A stretch of DNA of 64,000 nt from a virus (IMGVR_UViG_3300044712_001292:39000-102999); one strand, 5' to 3'; counted from the first letter of the stretch, positions 45,804-56,090 are shown. Notes: generated by a model from the letters alone, not told the origin. Made by a program: numbers and translations.

Positions 45804-47268
45804 CAGTTACGTCGACGGGTTCGTCTGCTCCCTGCACGTCGTCAACGGCGGCGACATTCCGCTCGTCGAGGCGAACATCTCGTATGCCGTCGATGGGCTG
45901 AACAAGGCCGTTCTGAAGGCAGCTGTCGGTAATTGGGAGATCAACAGCCTACCGAACGATATCACGCTGACGCGCGGTGCTACCGCGTGGGTCACGATTT
46001 CGTACCCAGGACAGGGGTCGGTACGGATATTCACGGGCGTGCTGTTCGACTACGCACCGTCGACGTCGCTTAGCGGCGGTAACGGTCAGATGTCGTTGGA
46101 GATCATCCTTTACGGCAGGCTGTATCATCTAACGACTGGCACACTGCACTCCAGCATGACGACGCCGCAGGCGTATCTGGACTCGGCTGGCTACTGGTCT
46201 ACCGCTCGTCGCTCCACTGGCCCGGTAACACGCCCAGCGACGATGAACCCTGCCGTAGCACTCGGCAACTTCGGCGTAGCCTACCTGAATATGCTCAGCG
46301 AGATCGCTTCGTCGGCATACGCGCCGACCGACAGCGTTTCTGAGTTCATCAAGAAGGTGTTTGGCGACAACATCAACGGACCTGCGCTCAACGTCCTCAA
46401 CGACATCGAGTCGTTCCTCGTCTTCGACAACTTCGGTCAGGGTAAGCGTAAGGCCATCATTACCGGCATATGCTCCAAGATCGATGAGCTCACGACGGGC
46501 GATTGGGGTGTCAACTCGTTTATGAAGCGCATCGAAGAACTCGGTGTGCTGCTCTATTTCTCTGCTGTCGAGGACGGTTCTACCGTCCGCCTGGTGCCGT
46601 TCAGCCCGTTCTTCAGGACGAACCAGGCTTTCAAGGTGATACCGGAGACGTACTACAACATTACGTCGGGGCAGTCGCCAGACGGTATCGCCATCAACTA
46701 CCAGGGCGCTGTTCTGACAACTGCTACCGGAGCAGCGTTGAGCGGCAGCTCCGCACCCGTGGCCGGTTATTACAGGTCAGCCGACGCAGCGAAGATAGGC
46801 GGCCAGGTATTCACGACTCCTATGCCGTCTATTTTCGTCATGTCGACGAGTGTCACAACCGACGTCGCCGACGCCGCTGTGAACGGCCCTCGCGCATTCG
46901 TCGACGTTACGCCTGATCTCGGTGCTGGCATTGCCAAATACAAGTACTGGGAGCAGCGCTTCCGTAATCGCGTCTACTATGTTGGGTGCCCGTATCTGCG
47001 GCTCGATATCGCCCCGCTGACCCCCGTATGCATCGTAACTCCGTCCTCCGACGAGATACAGTCGACCATAGGCGCTACCAGCATCTATGGTCTCGTAACA
47101 CGTGTTAGCATCCATCTCGACTCAACACAAGGGGTTGCAGATACGCAGATTGAAGTAGGCTACGCGCGAAATCAGGTCGACCAGCAGCGGTTGATCGACC
47201 GCGAGGCGTCTCACCCCATCTGGTCGGGAAACTGGACAGGAAGCACGCTTTATGGAAACCGACACTGA
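45796..47268 (+). CDS. Baseplate hub protein (gp27/GpD-like)
   Basis: RIFTG..D near the N-terminus; PYLRLDIAP..GLVTRVSIHLD near the C-terminus. Confidence 0.6.
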   Translation: MPNSYVDGFVCSLHVVNGGDIPLVEANISYAVDGLNKAVLKAAVGNWEINSLPNDITLTRGATAWVTISYPGQGSVRIFTGVLFDYAPSTSLSGGNGQMSLEIILYGRLYHLTTGTLHSSMTTPQAYLDSAGYWSTARRSTGPVTRPATMNPAVALGNFGVAYLNMLSEIASSAYAPTDSVSEFIKKVFGDNINGPALNVLNDIESFLVFDNFGQGKRKAIITGICSKIDELTTGDWGVNSFMKRIEELGVLLYFSAVEDGSTVRLVPFSPFFRTNQAFKVIPETYYNITSGQSPDGIAINYQGAVLTTATGAALSGSSAPVAGYYRSADAAKIGGQVFTTPMPSIFVMSTSVTTDVADAAVNGPRAFVDVTPDLGAGIAKYKYWEQRFRNRVYYVGCPYLRLDIAPLTPVCIVTPSSDEIQSTIGATSIYGLVTRVSIHLDSTQGVADTQIEVGYARNQVDQQRLIDREASHPIWSGNWTGSTLYGNRH

Positions 47269-47977
47269 GCCGGACCTCGACGCGGAGTGGCAGTCCTGGA
47301 AGAAGAGCCAGGACCCGCAGCGTCTTCGTCAGCTTGTGACAAAGCTGCAGCCAACCATCGGCAAAACGCTCGCTGCCTCCGGCATCCGCAGCCCAGTCGT
47401 CATCGACCGGGCCAAGCTGGTCGCTGCCAAGGCGCTGCACTCGTTCGACCCGACCAAAGGGGCCAAGATCAAGACGTACGTGGCATCACAGCTTCGTTCG
47501 ATCGTACGTGACGCTCCCCAGATCCAGGAGCCCCTGGTGCCGGGTCAGCGTTACCGCTCGGAGATGGCTGAACTCCACAAGGCTCACGCGCAGTTTGCTG
47601 ATGCCTTCGGCCGAGACCCGACCGATGAGGAGCTGTCAGAGACGACGAACATCCCGTTACGCAAGGTCGTACGTCTCCGGTCTGCTTCGCGTGCACGTAT
47701 CCCCATGTCCATGGTGGAGGAGGCTGACGACGACGAGGATGCCCCGGACGTCATCGGCAGCACACGCACGAAGTACGATGACTGGGCCGACGCCGTCTAC
47801 TACGGCTTGGGCGATATAGATCGCTTGATCATGTCACACAAGACCGGGTATCGCAATTATGAGGTACTCGATAACCAGCAAATCGCTCAGCGCCTGAATC
47901 TGACACCGGATACGGTGCAGCGGCGGGCGCAGCGCATTCAACAGCAGCTCGATGCCTTTCAGGAGCGTCGGGTATGA
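47252..47977 (+). CDS. Group-3 (FliA/SigF-like) sigma factor
   Basis: Region 2 FDPTKGAKIKTY; region 3 GRDPTDEELSE; region 4 HTH NQQIAQRLNLTPDTVQR. Confidence 0.9.
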   Translation: METDTEPDLDAEWQSWKKSQDPQRLRQLVTKLQPTIGKTLAASGIRSPVVIDRAKLVAAKALHSFDPTKGAKIKTYVASQLRSIVRDAPQIQEPLVPGQRYRSEMAELHKAHAQFADAFGRDPTDEELSETTNIPLRKVVRLRSASRARIPMSMVEEADDDEDAPDVIGSTRTKYDDWADAVYYGLGDIDRLIMSHKTGYRNYEVLDNQQIAQRLNLTPDTVQRRAQRIQQQLDAFQERRV

Positions 47978-48495
47978 GCAACCAGAACATCAATAACGCG
48001 GAGTACCAGGAGTGGGTACGGCGTCGGTCGAGTGTGCAGACCAAGCAGGATGCTGCGGTACTCGGTAGTTCGACAGCAGCTATCGGCGGCTCCTCCACAG
48101 GCGCCGTTTCATCAGCGTACAAGAACCAGCAGGCGGCAGACGGCGAGTTCGCGAAAGAGCTCAAGGTAGACGCCGGCTATGGGAGCGTGCCTTACGACAT
48201 GTACGTCGGCGCAGACCAGGGCGACATGGGATACCCGGTCACCGCGGGCATGGAGCAGCGCCTGCTTGAGGCTGCTACAAAGGCATCCTACGCCTATACA
48301 GACACCATCCCGACACAGGTGCAGGTGGCGATACTTCTGGCGGCGCGTAAGGCACATAACAATTGGAAGCAGCGGAGACAGCAGCTTCTTACGCACGCGC
48401 AGATGCGCTCGGCCAATCGACTGGCTATTGACGCCGATATGGCGAAGATGGCCGCCGGCATACCGCTTGACGGTGTAGAACGAACCAATGTCTAA
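47974..48495 (+). CDS. Hypothetical protein
   Basis: 173 aa coupled ORF. Confidence 0.65.
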   Translation: MSNQNINNAEYQEWVRRRSSVQTKQDAAVLGSSTAAIGGSSTGAVSSAYKNQQAADGEFAKELKVDAGYGSVPYDMYVGADQGDMGYPVTAGMEQRLLEAATKASYAYTDTIPTQVQVAILLAARKAHNNWKQRRQQLLTHAQMRSANRLAIDADMAKMAAGIPLDGVERTNV

Positions 48496-48871
48496 AGACA
48501 TCATACTCGACGTGACCCCAGATGGGCAGATGTACAGCCTAGGCGCTACGACCGAGAGCCCCCTCGATCGGACGCGCGGGAGGTTTACGACGCAGTTCCT
48601 GAGCACGCGAAATGAAGTGACCGGACGCGGTTCGGTGTTCATGGACAACCTCCTGCAAGGGAGCGTCCGTACGAACGCTGACATTCTGACGCTTGTAGCT
48701 ACTGCCACGGCTCAGATACGCAGTCTGGAACGGGAACTGTCCCGCGACGTCACGCTTCAGAGCGTAGACTTGCTTTCCATAGAGTTCATTGACAATAACG
48801 CCATAAAAGTAGGAGTTCGTCTGAACTCTACTGAGGGCAGTACGACCTCTGATATCGTGGTGAACACATGA
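48488..48871 (+). CDS. Baseplate wedge gp25-like protein
   Basis: 127 aa directly before baseplate J; FTTQFLS..GRGS..LQSVDL. Confidence 0.6.
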   Translation: MSKDIILDVTPDGQMYSLGATTESPLDRTRGRFTTQFLSTRNEVTGRGSVFMDNLLQGSVRTNADILTLVATATAQIRSLERELSRDVTLQSVDLLSIEFIDNNAIKVGVRLNSTEGSTTSDIVVNT

Positions 48872-50511
48872 GTATCAATACGACCGTCACCACTGAAGAC
48901 CGGGATACCGCACGGACTACGATCCGTGCCATCCTAACAGAGTCGCAGCCCGACCTCGACATCAGCACGGGCGGTGTCGTCGACTCGGTCATCGTCGAGG
49001 GCAATGTCGATGTCGCCGTACAGAACAAGGCGAACGTCGACAGCGCCTACCTCCTGCAGCAGATGCAGGCTATCGCCAATGGGACCGTGACCATCAGTGA
49101 TGAGCAGATGGACTCGCTGGCGTCGAACTACTACGTGACCCGGTACACGGACGATCCTGCACACGGTACGGCTGACTTCATCGTCCAGAGCGAGACGACC
49201 TATACCATCCCGAAAGGGTACCGTGTACGTTACGGGGACAGCTCGTACGTCACGGAGAGCGTCTACGTCATCTACCCATCCGGCACCCCCGGAGTGGACT
49301 TCAGCAACCCGACGAACGTCATGCTGCAGGCCATCTACGACGAAGTGACCGGGTACGGTTACCGGTTTACGCTTCCGATCGTCTGCGAGCAGACTGGGCC
49401 TGCCGGCGTGCGCGTCTCCGGCGATGCGCTGACCGCTGATATCGGGTTCACCGGCCTTGGCCGTATTATGGCTGCGGAGACGTTTGCTGGCGGTACAACC
49501 GCCGAAACAAACGCACAGCTCGCGACGCGAGTCATGTCGGGCCTGATAACGAAGACGCTGGGTGGCGGCCAAGACCAGATCAACGCTTTGGCCTCGAGCA
49601 TCTATTCGTCGGCGAAGGTCAGCGCTGTCGGTGTTGAAAGCGCCATGCAGACGCGTGGTCGCCTCAATCCATTCGGTATCAACACCGGTGGTAAGCTCGA
49701 TGTCTACATGAAGTCTGGCGCACTCAGCAGCACGATCCGTGTGGCGAGTGCGATCGTGACAAACGTCGGTCTACGGCAGGTGACCCTGACGCTGACCCGC
49801 GAGCAGGCTGCGGGGGCGTACACCTTTGCCGCAGTCGGACTAACCGGTGTATCCGGTATGACTGGCTCGATCACGACGGTCAGCACGTCGTTTGCCCAGG
49901 CAACCATGTCCGGTTTCAACCCGGAGATGGCAGCCATAGATCTACGCGGTTCAGCGAATACGACCGTGACGATCGTCATCACGGATAACCGTCAGAAGCC
50001 GGACCTGAGCTACGTTGTACCGATCACCACGCTGGGCCAGTCGCTTGCGGATACCTACGGCGTGCTTGTCAGCTACATGCCGGGCGTGCTGGACATCGCT
50101 GATGCGTTCTACAGCGACGACAACCGTCCTCCCGGCATCGACGTACTCGTCAAGTCCGCGCTCCCGTGTTCAGTGACCATGAACATATCGGCGGCCAAGC
50201 CTGTCAACTACAACGGACCGTCCGCCTCAGACCTCGCTGCTCAGATCGCGTTCGCCGTCAACCAGCTGCCTATGCGGCAAAAGTACCTCGATTCGTTCAC
50301 AATCAGCCAGATCATCAAGGATGCTGCTCCGCAGCTGACGATGGTAGGGCTGACGATGTCCGGGGGTATCACCGACGTGCAGGGTACGACAGTGCCTGTC
50401 TGGCAGACCGGAAACAAGCTGGTCATACCCACGCAGGTAACCGGCAAGGTGTCGTACGAGACGGTGTTCTTCACGACAAACCCGTCTCAGGTGGTGGTGT
50501 CTCTTGTATAA
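48868..50511 (+). CDS. Baseplate J-like (gp6) protein
   Basis: PDLDISTGG, IPKG, GPAG, AGGTTAETNAQL, GGKLDVY. Confidence 0.85.
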   Translation: MSINTTVTTEDRDTARTTIRAILTESQPDLDISTGGVVDSVIVEGNVDVAVQNKANVDSAYLLQQMQAIANGTVTISDEQMDSLASNYYVTRYTDDPAHGTADFIVQSETTYTIPKGYRVRYGDSSYVTESVYVIYPSGTPGVDFSNPTNVMLQAIYDEVTGYGYRFTLPIVCEQTGPAGVRVSGDALTADIGFTGLGRIMAAETFAGGTTAETNAQLATRVMSGLITKTLGGGQDQINALASSIYSSAKVSAVGVESAMQTRGRLNPFGINTGGKLDVYMKSGALSSTIRVASAIVTNVGLRQVTLTLTREQAAGAYTFAAVGLTGVSGMTGSITTVSTSFAQATMSGFNPEMAAIDLRGSANTTVTIVITDNRQKPDLSYVVPITTLGQSLADTYGVLVSYMPGVLDIADAFYSDDNRPPGIDVLVKSALPCSVTMNISAAKPVNYNGPSASDLAAQIAFAVNQLPMRQKYLDSFTISQIIKDAAPQLTMVGLTMSGGITDVQGTTVPVWQTGNKLVIPTQVTGKVSYETVFFTTNPSQVVVSLV

Positions 50512-51946
50512 ATACAGTGACGTAACCGACTCCGTCACGCTTCAGCCACAGCAAGTGTGGGAGGGGCTGGATTCGTTCTGGAGGACGAAGGTCGTCAAGT
50601 CCGATGCTGACCTCGTCAAGTATCAGACATTCGCCACACTTGTCGTCTGCGCGGACACGGTTTCACGGTCGAAGCACTTCATCGACGCACAGGGCATCGC
50701 GACGCTCGAGCCCTATAATATCGTGCCCTGGTATCCGCTGATACTCTATAGGGATCAGCTCGCCAATCTGTCGTACGTCGTCTACGGTGGCCCGTACGTC
50801 TACGATAGCCCACCTGACATCGTGTACGGCGAAGCTGGAGACCCGACATTCACGTACCCCGTACTGCCGACGTTTGCCGAGATACCGACCCTCTACGATA
50901 GCGTCACTTCGACGTCGCTTGTGCTCGACGGATCGATGTTCTCGTACGACCGTTCCCGGCAGACACTGACATTCCGTGTCGACCCGTTCACGTTGCTGCC
51001 GGCCCGCAAGACGGCTTCTGGTCGTGACTACCTTGTTCTGTGGATGCGTAACCCGGCCCTCGATCTGCAGGTCCCCTTCGACTGGACCGGGTGGGTCGTC
51101 AAGATGAGCGGAACGTCGACGCCTGCGTATGTCCGCACGCTGCAGGAGCTCTGGAGCCTCGACGTACGTGCCCCGGCCCTCGGTCCCTATAAGGTTGGTG
51201 CGTGTGCCGGCGGCGGGTTCCCTGTCGCGAAGAAGGCCGGTACGGTACTCGACATCCGCACAGACGGCTACCAGCGCATCGTCGTCATCGACGAGCTGGT
51301 GTATACCTTCCCTCAGGCGCTCGCTGCCTCTGTCAGCATCGGCGACCGAGTTGTTGCAAACCAGCCCCTCTGCGCAGGCATTACGTTCTACGCTGGTATC
51401 GAAGCTGCTTCCGCCCCACAGCAGCGGCTACCCGGCATCGCGTTTGTCGTACCTCTCTCGAACGGCGGCATCGCCACACTGTTCGCCCCCAATGAGACGC
51501 TCGCCTGGTCGTTCGACGCCATGCGGCCGTCACCGTGGCGGTTCCCGTTGGGCGGTGAGGTATCTGACGTCGAGGCATACTGGACCGACCGGAACGTCGA
51601 TCTATCAACGTACTACCCCGGCCTCGTGAACGGCCAGCCTGTCAACCCCATGCAGTTGCTGGTCTCCGATCTCTGGAAGAACGCGCTGACCGTCGCTTCT
51701 GTCGATCTGACCGCTGTGACCGGGGAGGCTATCGGGTTCGTCGATAGAGCCGTGCTGGCGCTCTCACCGTCGACGTATCTCATCGTTCAGCAAGACGTTG
51801 GAGATGTAGAGGACAGCATCGACATGGGCTCGAGCCCCGAGAACGTCGGATACGGGTACCACACGTCGGCCCCTTCAGACACCATCTCCGTTGTCGGTAC
51901 AGACCTCATCCTATCTGACTACGCTCCGATCGTGACCCTATCCTAG
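50504..51946 (+). CDS. Baseplate wedge (gp7-like) protein
   Basis: 480 aa following baseplate J; TTG start. Confidence 0.6.
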   Translation: MYKYSDVTDSVTLQPQQVWEGLDSFWRTKVVKSDADLVKYQTFATLVVCADTVSRSKHFIDAQGIATLEPYNIVPWYPLILYRDQLANLSYVVYGGPYVYDSPPDIVYGEAGDPTFTYPVLPTFAEIPTLYDSVTSTSLVLDGSMFSYDRSRQTLTFRVDPFTLLPARKTASGRDYLVLWMRNPALDLQVPFDWTGWVVKMSGTSTPAYVRTLQELWSLDVRAPALGPYKVGACAGGGFPVAKKAGTVLDIRTDGYQRIVVIDELVYTFPQALAASVSIGDRVVANQPLCAGITFYAGIEAASAPQQRLPGIAFVVPLSNGGIATLFAPNETLAWSFDAMRPSPWRFPLGGEVSDVEAYWTDRNVDLSTYYPGLVNGQPVNPMQLLVSDLWKNALTVASVDLTAVTGEAIGFVDRAVLALSPSTYLIVQQDVGDVEDSIDMGSSPENVGYGYHTSAPSDTISVVGTDLILSDYAPIVTLS

Positions 51947-51955
51947 CCCTTGCGA

Positions 51956-51983
51956 TGGCGTAACCACTAACTCCCTATAGACT
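51956..51983 (+). promoter_or_regulatory. Putative promoter TGGCGT-16-TAGACT, 6 nt before ATG 51990
   Basis: Fixed-spacing motif. Confidence 0.55.
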
Positions 51984-51989
51984 TCTATC

Positions 51990-52526
51990 ATGCGTGACAG
52001 CACTCCTACGCTCCGTGGCTATGTCGAGGTACGCAACGAGAGGGGCGACGTCGTTCGCGCCAAGAACCTCGTCGTTTACACGGGTGGCGACATCATCGCC
52101 AAGCTGCTCGGCGGGTCGCCCGAGTACCGGATCTCGCACATCTATTTCGCCTACGAGAACACGGCAGGCGCTCCAGTGCCGCCGGTTCCGGCTCGAACCG
52201 ACACGGCCGCCATCTTCCACTCGCTGGCAGCGCCGTTCGACTATCTGCGCGCACCTGTACTCGTGCCTCCGGCGTTCTCAGCTTCCGACGTCAACCATAA
52301 CTACAATCAAGCTGCCTTCACCGCGATAGCGTCCGCGGTATCGGGTATGCACGGCGTTCCGTTCGGCGCGATCAACAACAGCAAGGTTTACGCGCTTGGG
52401 CTCGTCGCGGCACCTACTGGCGCTGCTGCTGGCGACATCCTCTACGCGCATTTCGCGCTTCCGGCGGCCCTTCCTGCGGCTGGAAGCGGCCAGATCTCTG
52501 CTACGTGGATGACGGAGGCTGACTAA
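51990..52526 (+). CDS. Baseplate/fiber attachment protein
   Basis: LRGYVEV..KNLVVYTG..IAKLLGG. Confidence 0.6.
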   Translation: MRDSTPTLRGYVEVRNERGDVVRAKNLVVYTGGDIIAKLLGGSPEYRISHIYFAYENTAGAPVPPVPARTDTAAIFHSLAAPFDYLRAPVLVPPAFSASDVNHNYNQAAFTAIASAVSGMHGVPFGAINNSKVYALGLVAAPTGAAAGDILYAHFALPAALPAAGSGQISATWMTEAD

Positions 52527-54265
52527 TGGCTATCTACCCGCCGGTTATCCCGGGCGTTGTAAACGGTGGGCCGGTCGAGGCCTCCTATACGAATCAGGCT
52601 GCGGTAGCGCTCGCTCAGCGGACCGACTGGCTGCGTGAGCAGCTGCTGGCGTTAACGACGTCCACGTCGACGTGGCTGCGTGGGCAGGCCATCCAACCCG
52701 GTGTTGTCGACGGCACTCCGGTCTACTTCGACAACGTCACCTCAACCTACAAGCCAGCTCAGGCAGCGGTCGACAACAACGACTTCGTGACTGCGGCCGC
52801 ATCTGCTGTCGTCGAGGGCATCGCTGTCAACGTGTCCGGTGGCGTAGCGGACATCGTTCTGGGAGGGCGCGTCTCGCTGACAACGCTGCAGTGGGCGGCG
52901 GTCTTCGATACTGCTATTTTCGGAACCGGTGAGGTGTTCCTCAGCACCGTAGCAGGCAAGATTTCGCTGGAGCCAGGCTCCCTCGGCATCTCTCTGGGCA
53001 ACATGCGTGCAGACGGCACGCTGATCCTGCGTGTACCGAACAGCGGTCCCTTCCTGGGGCACATCCACCTGCAGCGGTTCCTGTCAGGCAACCCGGCTGG
53101 TACCGTTGTAGATCCGCCGCCCGCTACCCCGCAGACGATCGCCGTACCGAATCCGGCTGTGCAGGGATGGCTGCCGGCTACAAACGTCTACTTCCCGGGG
53201 TACGTGGTCGGCGTGCAGATCCCTGTGGGCGCTGTGTTCGGCTATAATATCCAGCACCCCTCCGAGTCTGCGCTGCGCGACATCTTCCCGATGATTCCGC
53301 CGACGAACGCACAGTTCTCGCAGTCAGGTCTCATCCTCGGAGACAGCAAGGTTGTCGTCAACCAGTACGGCGTCTGGTGGATGGATAACAGCTACGGCAA
53401 CGCCCCGTGGCCGACCAACTACACTGCCAATCTGCCAGCGCCGGCTCCGGAGATAACGCTCTGGACGTCGCGGCTGACTGCCGACGTTTCGCTGTCTGAG
53501 ACGATCATATCCGAGCTCGTCAACGAACTCGCAAACGGTCTTCTCGCTTCACTCGGCGTAACCCGTATCATACCCGGTGACAATACACTTACGGTGTCAG
53601 GTCAGAATGGCGACAACACCAATGGGTGGTACGGGGCAGTGTCCATCTTCAACTCTGGCGTGAAGACAGCGCAGCCCAGCGGTGGTATCGGCATAAGCGG
53701 CTCGCTGGGCGCGGCCCCGCAGCTGCGTGGAAACGTCGTGCTTCGGAGCATCGCCTCGAGGCCTGCTCAGTTCCTCTACAACAAGTTCACCGCGCCCCAG
53801 ACGACCGATATGGTGCTGGCGACGACAAACGGTGTTCCGATTGGCGTGGATATGGGCCTCTACGCCCATGGTCTTGGCGCAAACGCAGCTGACTACATCG
53901 ACTTCATTCTGACGTCAGGGTCTGAGTTTGCTGTGGCCGAAGAGCTGTCGTTCACCCTGGACATCGCGCTTCTGGTCGACCGCCCCGTTGCCGCGCCGAC
54001 CAGCAAGACCTTCCAGCTGCTGTTCTATAGCGTGGATAACGGATCCCCGACCAGCTCGACTTCCCTGGTGCGGACGGAGGACATCACCGTCACCGACGGC
54101 ACGCCGGGCCAAGTGCAGCGGATCACGGTGTCTTCCTTCGCCGACGTCAAGTTGGGGGACAAAAAGGGCTGGATCCTGCGCATTCAGAACGGCATCGGCA
54201 TCAGCGCCCTGGCTGCTGGTAAGCTGCGGGTGCTGAGCGTGACCGCCAACCTGGTGGCGCCGTGA
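52526..54265 (+). CDS. Tail fiber/baseplate-associated protein
   Basis: NQAAVALAQRTDWLRE fiber-type N-terminus; FLSTVAGKI cement-like domain. Confidence 0.65.
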   Translation: MAIYPPVIPGVVNGGPVEASYTNQAAVALAQRTDWLREQLLALTTSTSTWLRGQAIQPGVVDGTPVYFDNVTSTYKPAQAAVDNNDFVTAAASAVVEGIAVNVSGGVADIVLGGRVSLTTLQWAAVFDTAIFGTGEVFLSTVAGKISLEPGSLGISLGNMRADGTLILRVPNSGPFLGHIHLQRFLSGNPAGTVVDPPPATPQTIAVPNPAVQGWLPATNVYFPGYVVGVQIPVGAVFGYNIQHPSESALRDIFPMIPPTNAQFSQSGLILGDSKVVVNQYGVWWMDNSYGNAPWPTNYTANLPAPAPEITLWTSRLTADVSLSETIISELVNELANGLLASLGVTRIIPGDNTLTVSGQNGDNTNGWYGAVSIFNSGVKTAQPSGGIGISGSLGAAPQLRGNVVLRSIASRPAQFLYNKFTAPQTTDMVLATTNGVPIGVDMGLYAHGLGANAADYIDFILTSGSEFAVAEELSFTLDIALLVDRPVAAPTSKTFQLLFYSVDNGSPTSSTSLVRTEDITVTDGTPGQVQRITVSSFADVKLGDKKGWILRIQNGIGISALAAGKLRVLSVTANLVAP

Positions 54266-54639
54266 CGTACTCAGCTACCATCCAGAAACAGGTAACGGCG
54301 TCGTACACGAGCTGTCCGACACTACCGGCCATCCTGCAGATGTCGGTTCAGAGCGTTGTCGGTTTCTTGGACCTCGGCCTGTTCGTCTACCGGATAGACC
54401 CTGATACGGGATCGGAAGCGTTCAGCCACGTAGCGACCGCCTGCGACCTGCAGGACTACCTCTATAATGGCACATCTGGTACGTTCGTCCGTAGAGCGTC
54501 GATGAGCAAGACCTACTTCGACGCCTCGGCCGCTAACGCCGGCATCGCGGAGATCGAGCTCGCGATTCAGAGCCTATGCAGCATCATGGAACAGATCAGC
54601 GTTCTATCGGCTCCGACAACCGTAACCATCAGTTCGTAG
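54262..54639 (+). CDS. Hypothetical virion protein
   Basis: 125 aa, GTGA-coupled. Confidence 0.6.
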   Translation: MTYSATIQKQVTASYTSCPTLPAILQMSVQSVVGFLDLGLFVYRIDPDTGSEAFSHVATACDLQDYLYNGTSGTFVRRASMSKTYFDASAANAGIAEIELAIQSLCSIMEQISVLSAPTTVTISS

Positions 54640-54896
54640 CCGTAGACCACGCGTACCTCGTCCGTCTAGCGCAGGATGATCGGTACGCGTGGATGTCATC
54701 GATACGGGCTCTTGCGACGTTCAGACCCGCGTCGACAGGCTGCTGCGGGAAAACGGCTATGCCACCTATACCGAACGAGGTGTTCGGTCGCATCGCCAAT
54801 AACCCGGCATTCGTAGATGAGCTGCTGGTCTTGAAGGCCAAGCTCGGGGCTGATCGCCTGATCGTCAACGTATCTGGCTATCGAGACACCTTGTAG
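54576..54896 (+). CDS. Hypothetical protein (GCCG motif), start uncertain
   Basis: Fills the space up to the convergent gene. Confidence 0.45.
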   Translation: MQHHGTDQRSIGSDNRNHQFVAVDHAYLVRLAQDDRYAWMSSIRALATFRPASTGCCGKTAMPPIPNEVFGRIANNPAFVDELLVLKAKLGADRLIVNVSGYRDTL

Positions 54897-56074
54897 AGCG
54901 TCACCGTACGCCCGTCAGCCAGGCGCTTGACGTGCAGAGTCCCGCGAGACGGCGAGTAGTACGACATCGTGCACGACGGCGCCCCGCTCTCCGTCAGCTT
55001 GCAGCGGATATCCTGAGCGATCTCATCTCCAGCAGGTGCGGCCGCGTGCTCCTCTTCAGCACGCAGATAATCGTCCGGTGTTCCGAACTCCGGAGCATGC
55101 TTGACGACATGCGTGTCGCGGTTTTCGGGCGACGTCCACTCCGCAGACTTGTCCTGCTTACGAGCCTTCGCCTCCATCTCGTTGGCTATCTCGTGAGCCT
55201 GTGCGTACGGCATGCCTTGTGCCCGCATGAGAGACCGTTCCACGATCTCATGAAGGACGATCTTCCGCTTGTCGCTCTCTTGCAGGTCTTTCTCGACCCA
55301 GATCTGCTTCTTGGGGACGTAGTCGTTGGCCTCGCTGTTGCTACCGCCGATGAAATCGATGTCCTTCTTGTTACGGATCTGGTTGCCATCGACCTCGACG
55401 ATCTCGGTGCCATCGGGAAGCAGTTCTTTGGCAGACTTGACGAAAGGCACCTGTATGCCGATATCGCGTAGCTGGCCCAGCATGACCTGGGTTATCTCTT
55501 CGACGCGGTTATCGATCTCGTTAGACGACTCCTGCTTGCTCATCCACGACGCCGCGAACAACGCCGGATCGGAGGTCTCCTTCGTATTCGGAGGGATGTC
55601 CTTGACGAAGGAGAGGGTCTGTGGCGCGAATGAAATGCCTTCGTCATTGAGAACGACGCGGATGTACCGCTTGATCGGATCCGCCCAGCGGTCCTGCAGG
55701 CGGCTCACTGGAGCCGGGTCTGCCATCTCGATCTCGGTTACAGCCCACGCCACGTCGATAGCCGGTGGGATGTCACGGTACGACCCGACGCCACGACGGC
55801 AGAGCGCGTTGCAGACCTCATCGAACACCTCGACGTCCGTGTAAACCAGATCGGTCGTCAGAGCCGTTATCATCCCCATAAGCTGATCGTAGACACGACG
55901 GGGCATCTCCACGTCGTAGTCCTGCTTGATCTGCATCTGAATGGTCTCGCCCTCCCAATTGAGAGCCTCCGTACCATACGAACGCAGCAACAGGCTGACG
56001 AGAACGGTACCGAACGTCGGCTTTTCGCCGGTCAGGTACGGAGCAGCACGCCTCTTGTAAGTCGCGAGGATCAT
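54878..56074 (-). CDS. Three-domain protein: N-terminal domain, HExxE-H metal-binding domain and toxin/RNase-like C-terminal domain, separated by KSA
   Basis: KSA at 55438-55430 and 55150-55142; IVLHEIVERSLM..AH; HVVKHAPEFG..YY..G..VTLYK. Confidence 0.7.
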   Translation of the reverse strand: MILATYKRRAAPYLTGEKPTFGTVLVSLLLRSYGTEALNWEGETIQMQIKQDYDVEMPRRVYDQLMGMITALTTDLVYTDVEVFDEVCNALCRRGVGSYRDIPPAIDVAWAVTEIEMADPAPVSRLQDRWADPIKRYIRVVLNDEGISFAPQTLSFVKDIPPNTKETSDPALFAASWMSKQESSNEIDNRVEEITQVMLGQLRDIGIQVPFVKSAKELLPDGTEIVEVDGNQIRNKKDIDFIGGSNSEANDYVPKKQIWVEKDLQESDKRKIVLHEIVERSLMRAQGMPYAQAHEIANEMEAKARKQDKSAEWTSPENRDTHVVKHAPEFGTPDDYLRAEEEHAAAPAGDEIAQDIRCKLTESGAPSCTMSYYSPSRGTLHVKRLADGRTVTLYKVSR

Positions 56075-56090
56075 GTCCGCGCGGACAGAC

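Noticed and set aside
38865-54265. Extracellular contractile injection system or tailocin
   Set aside because: Portal, protease, capsid and neck genes are present, so this is a complete phage
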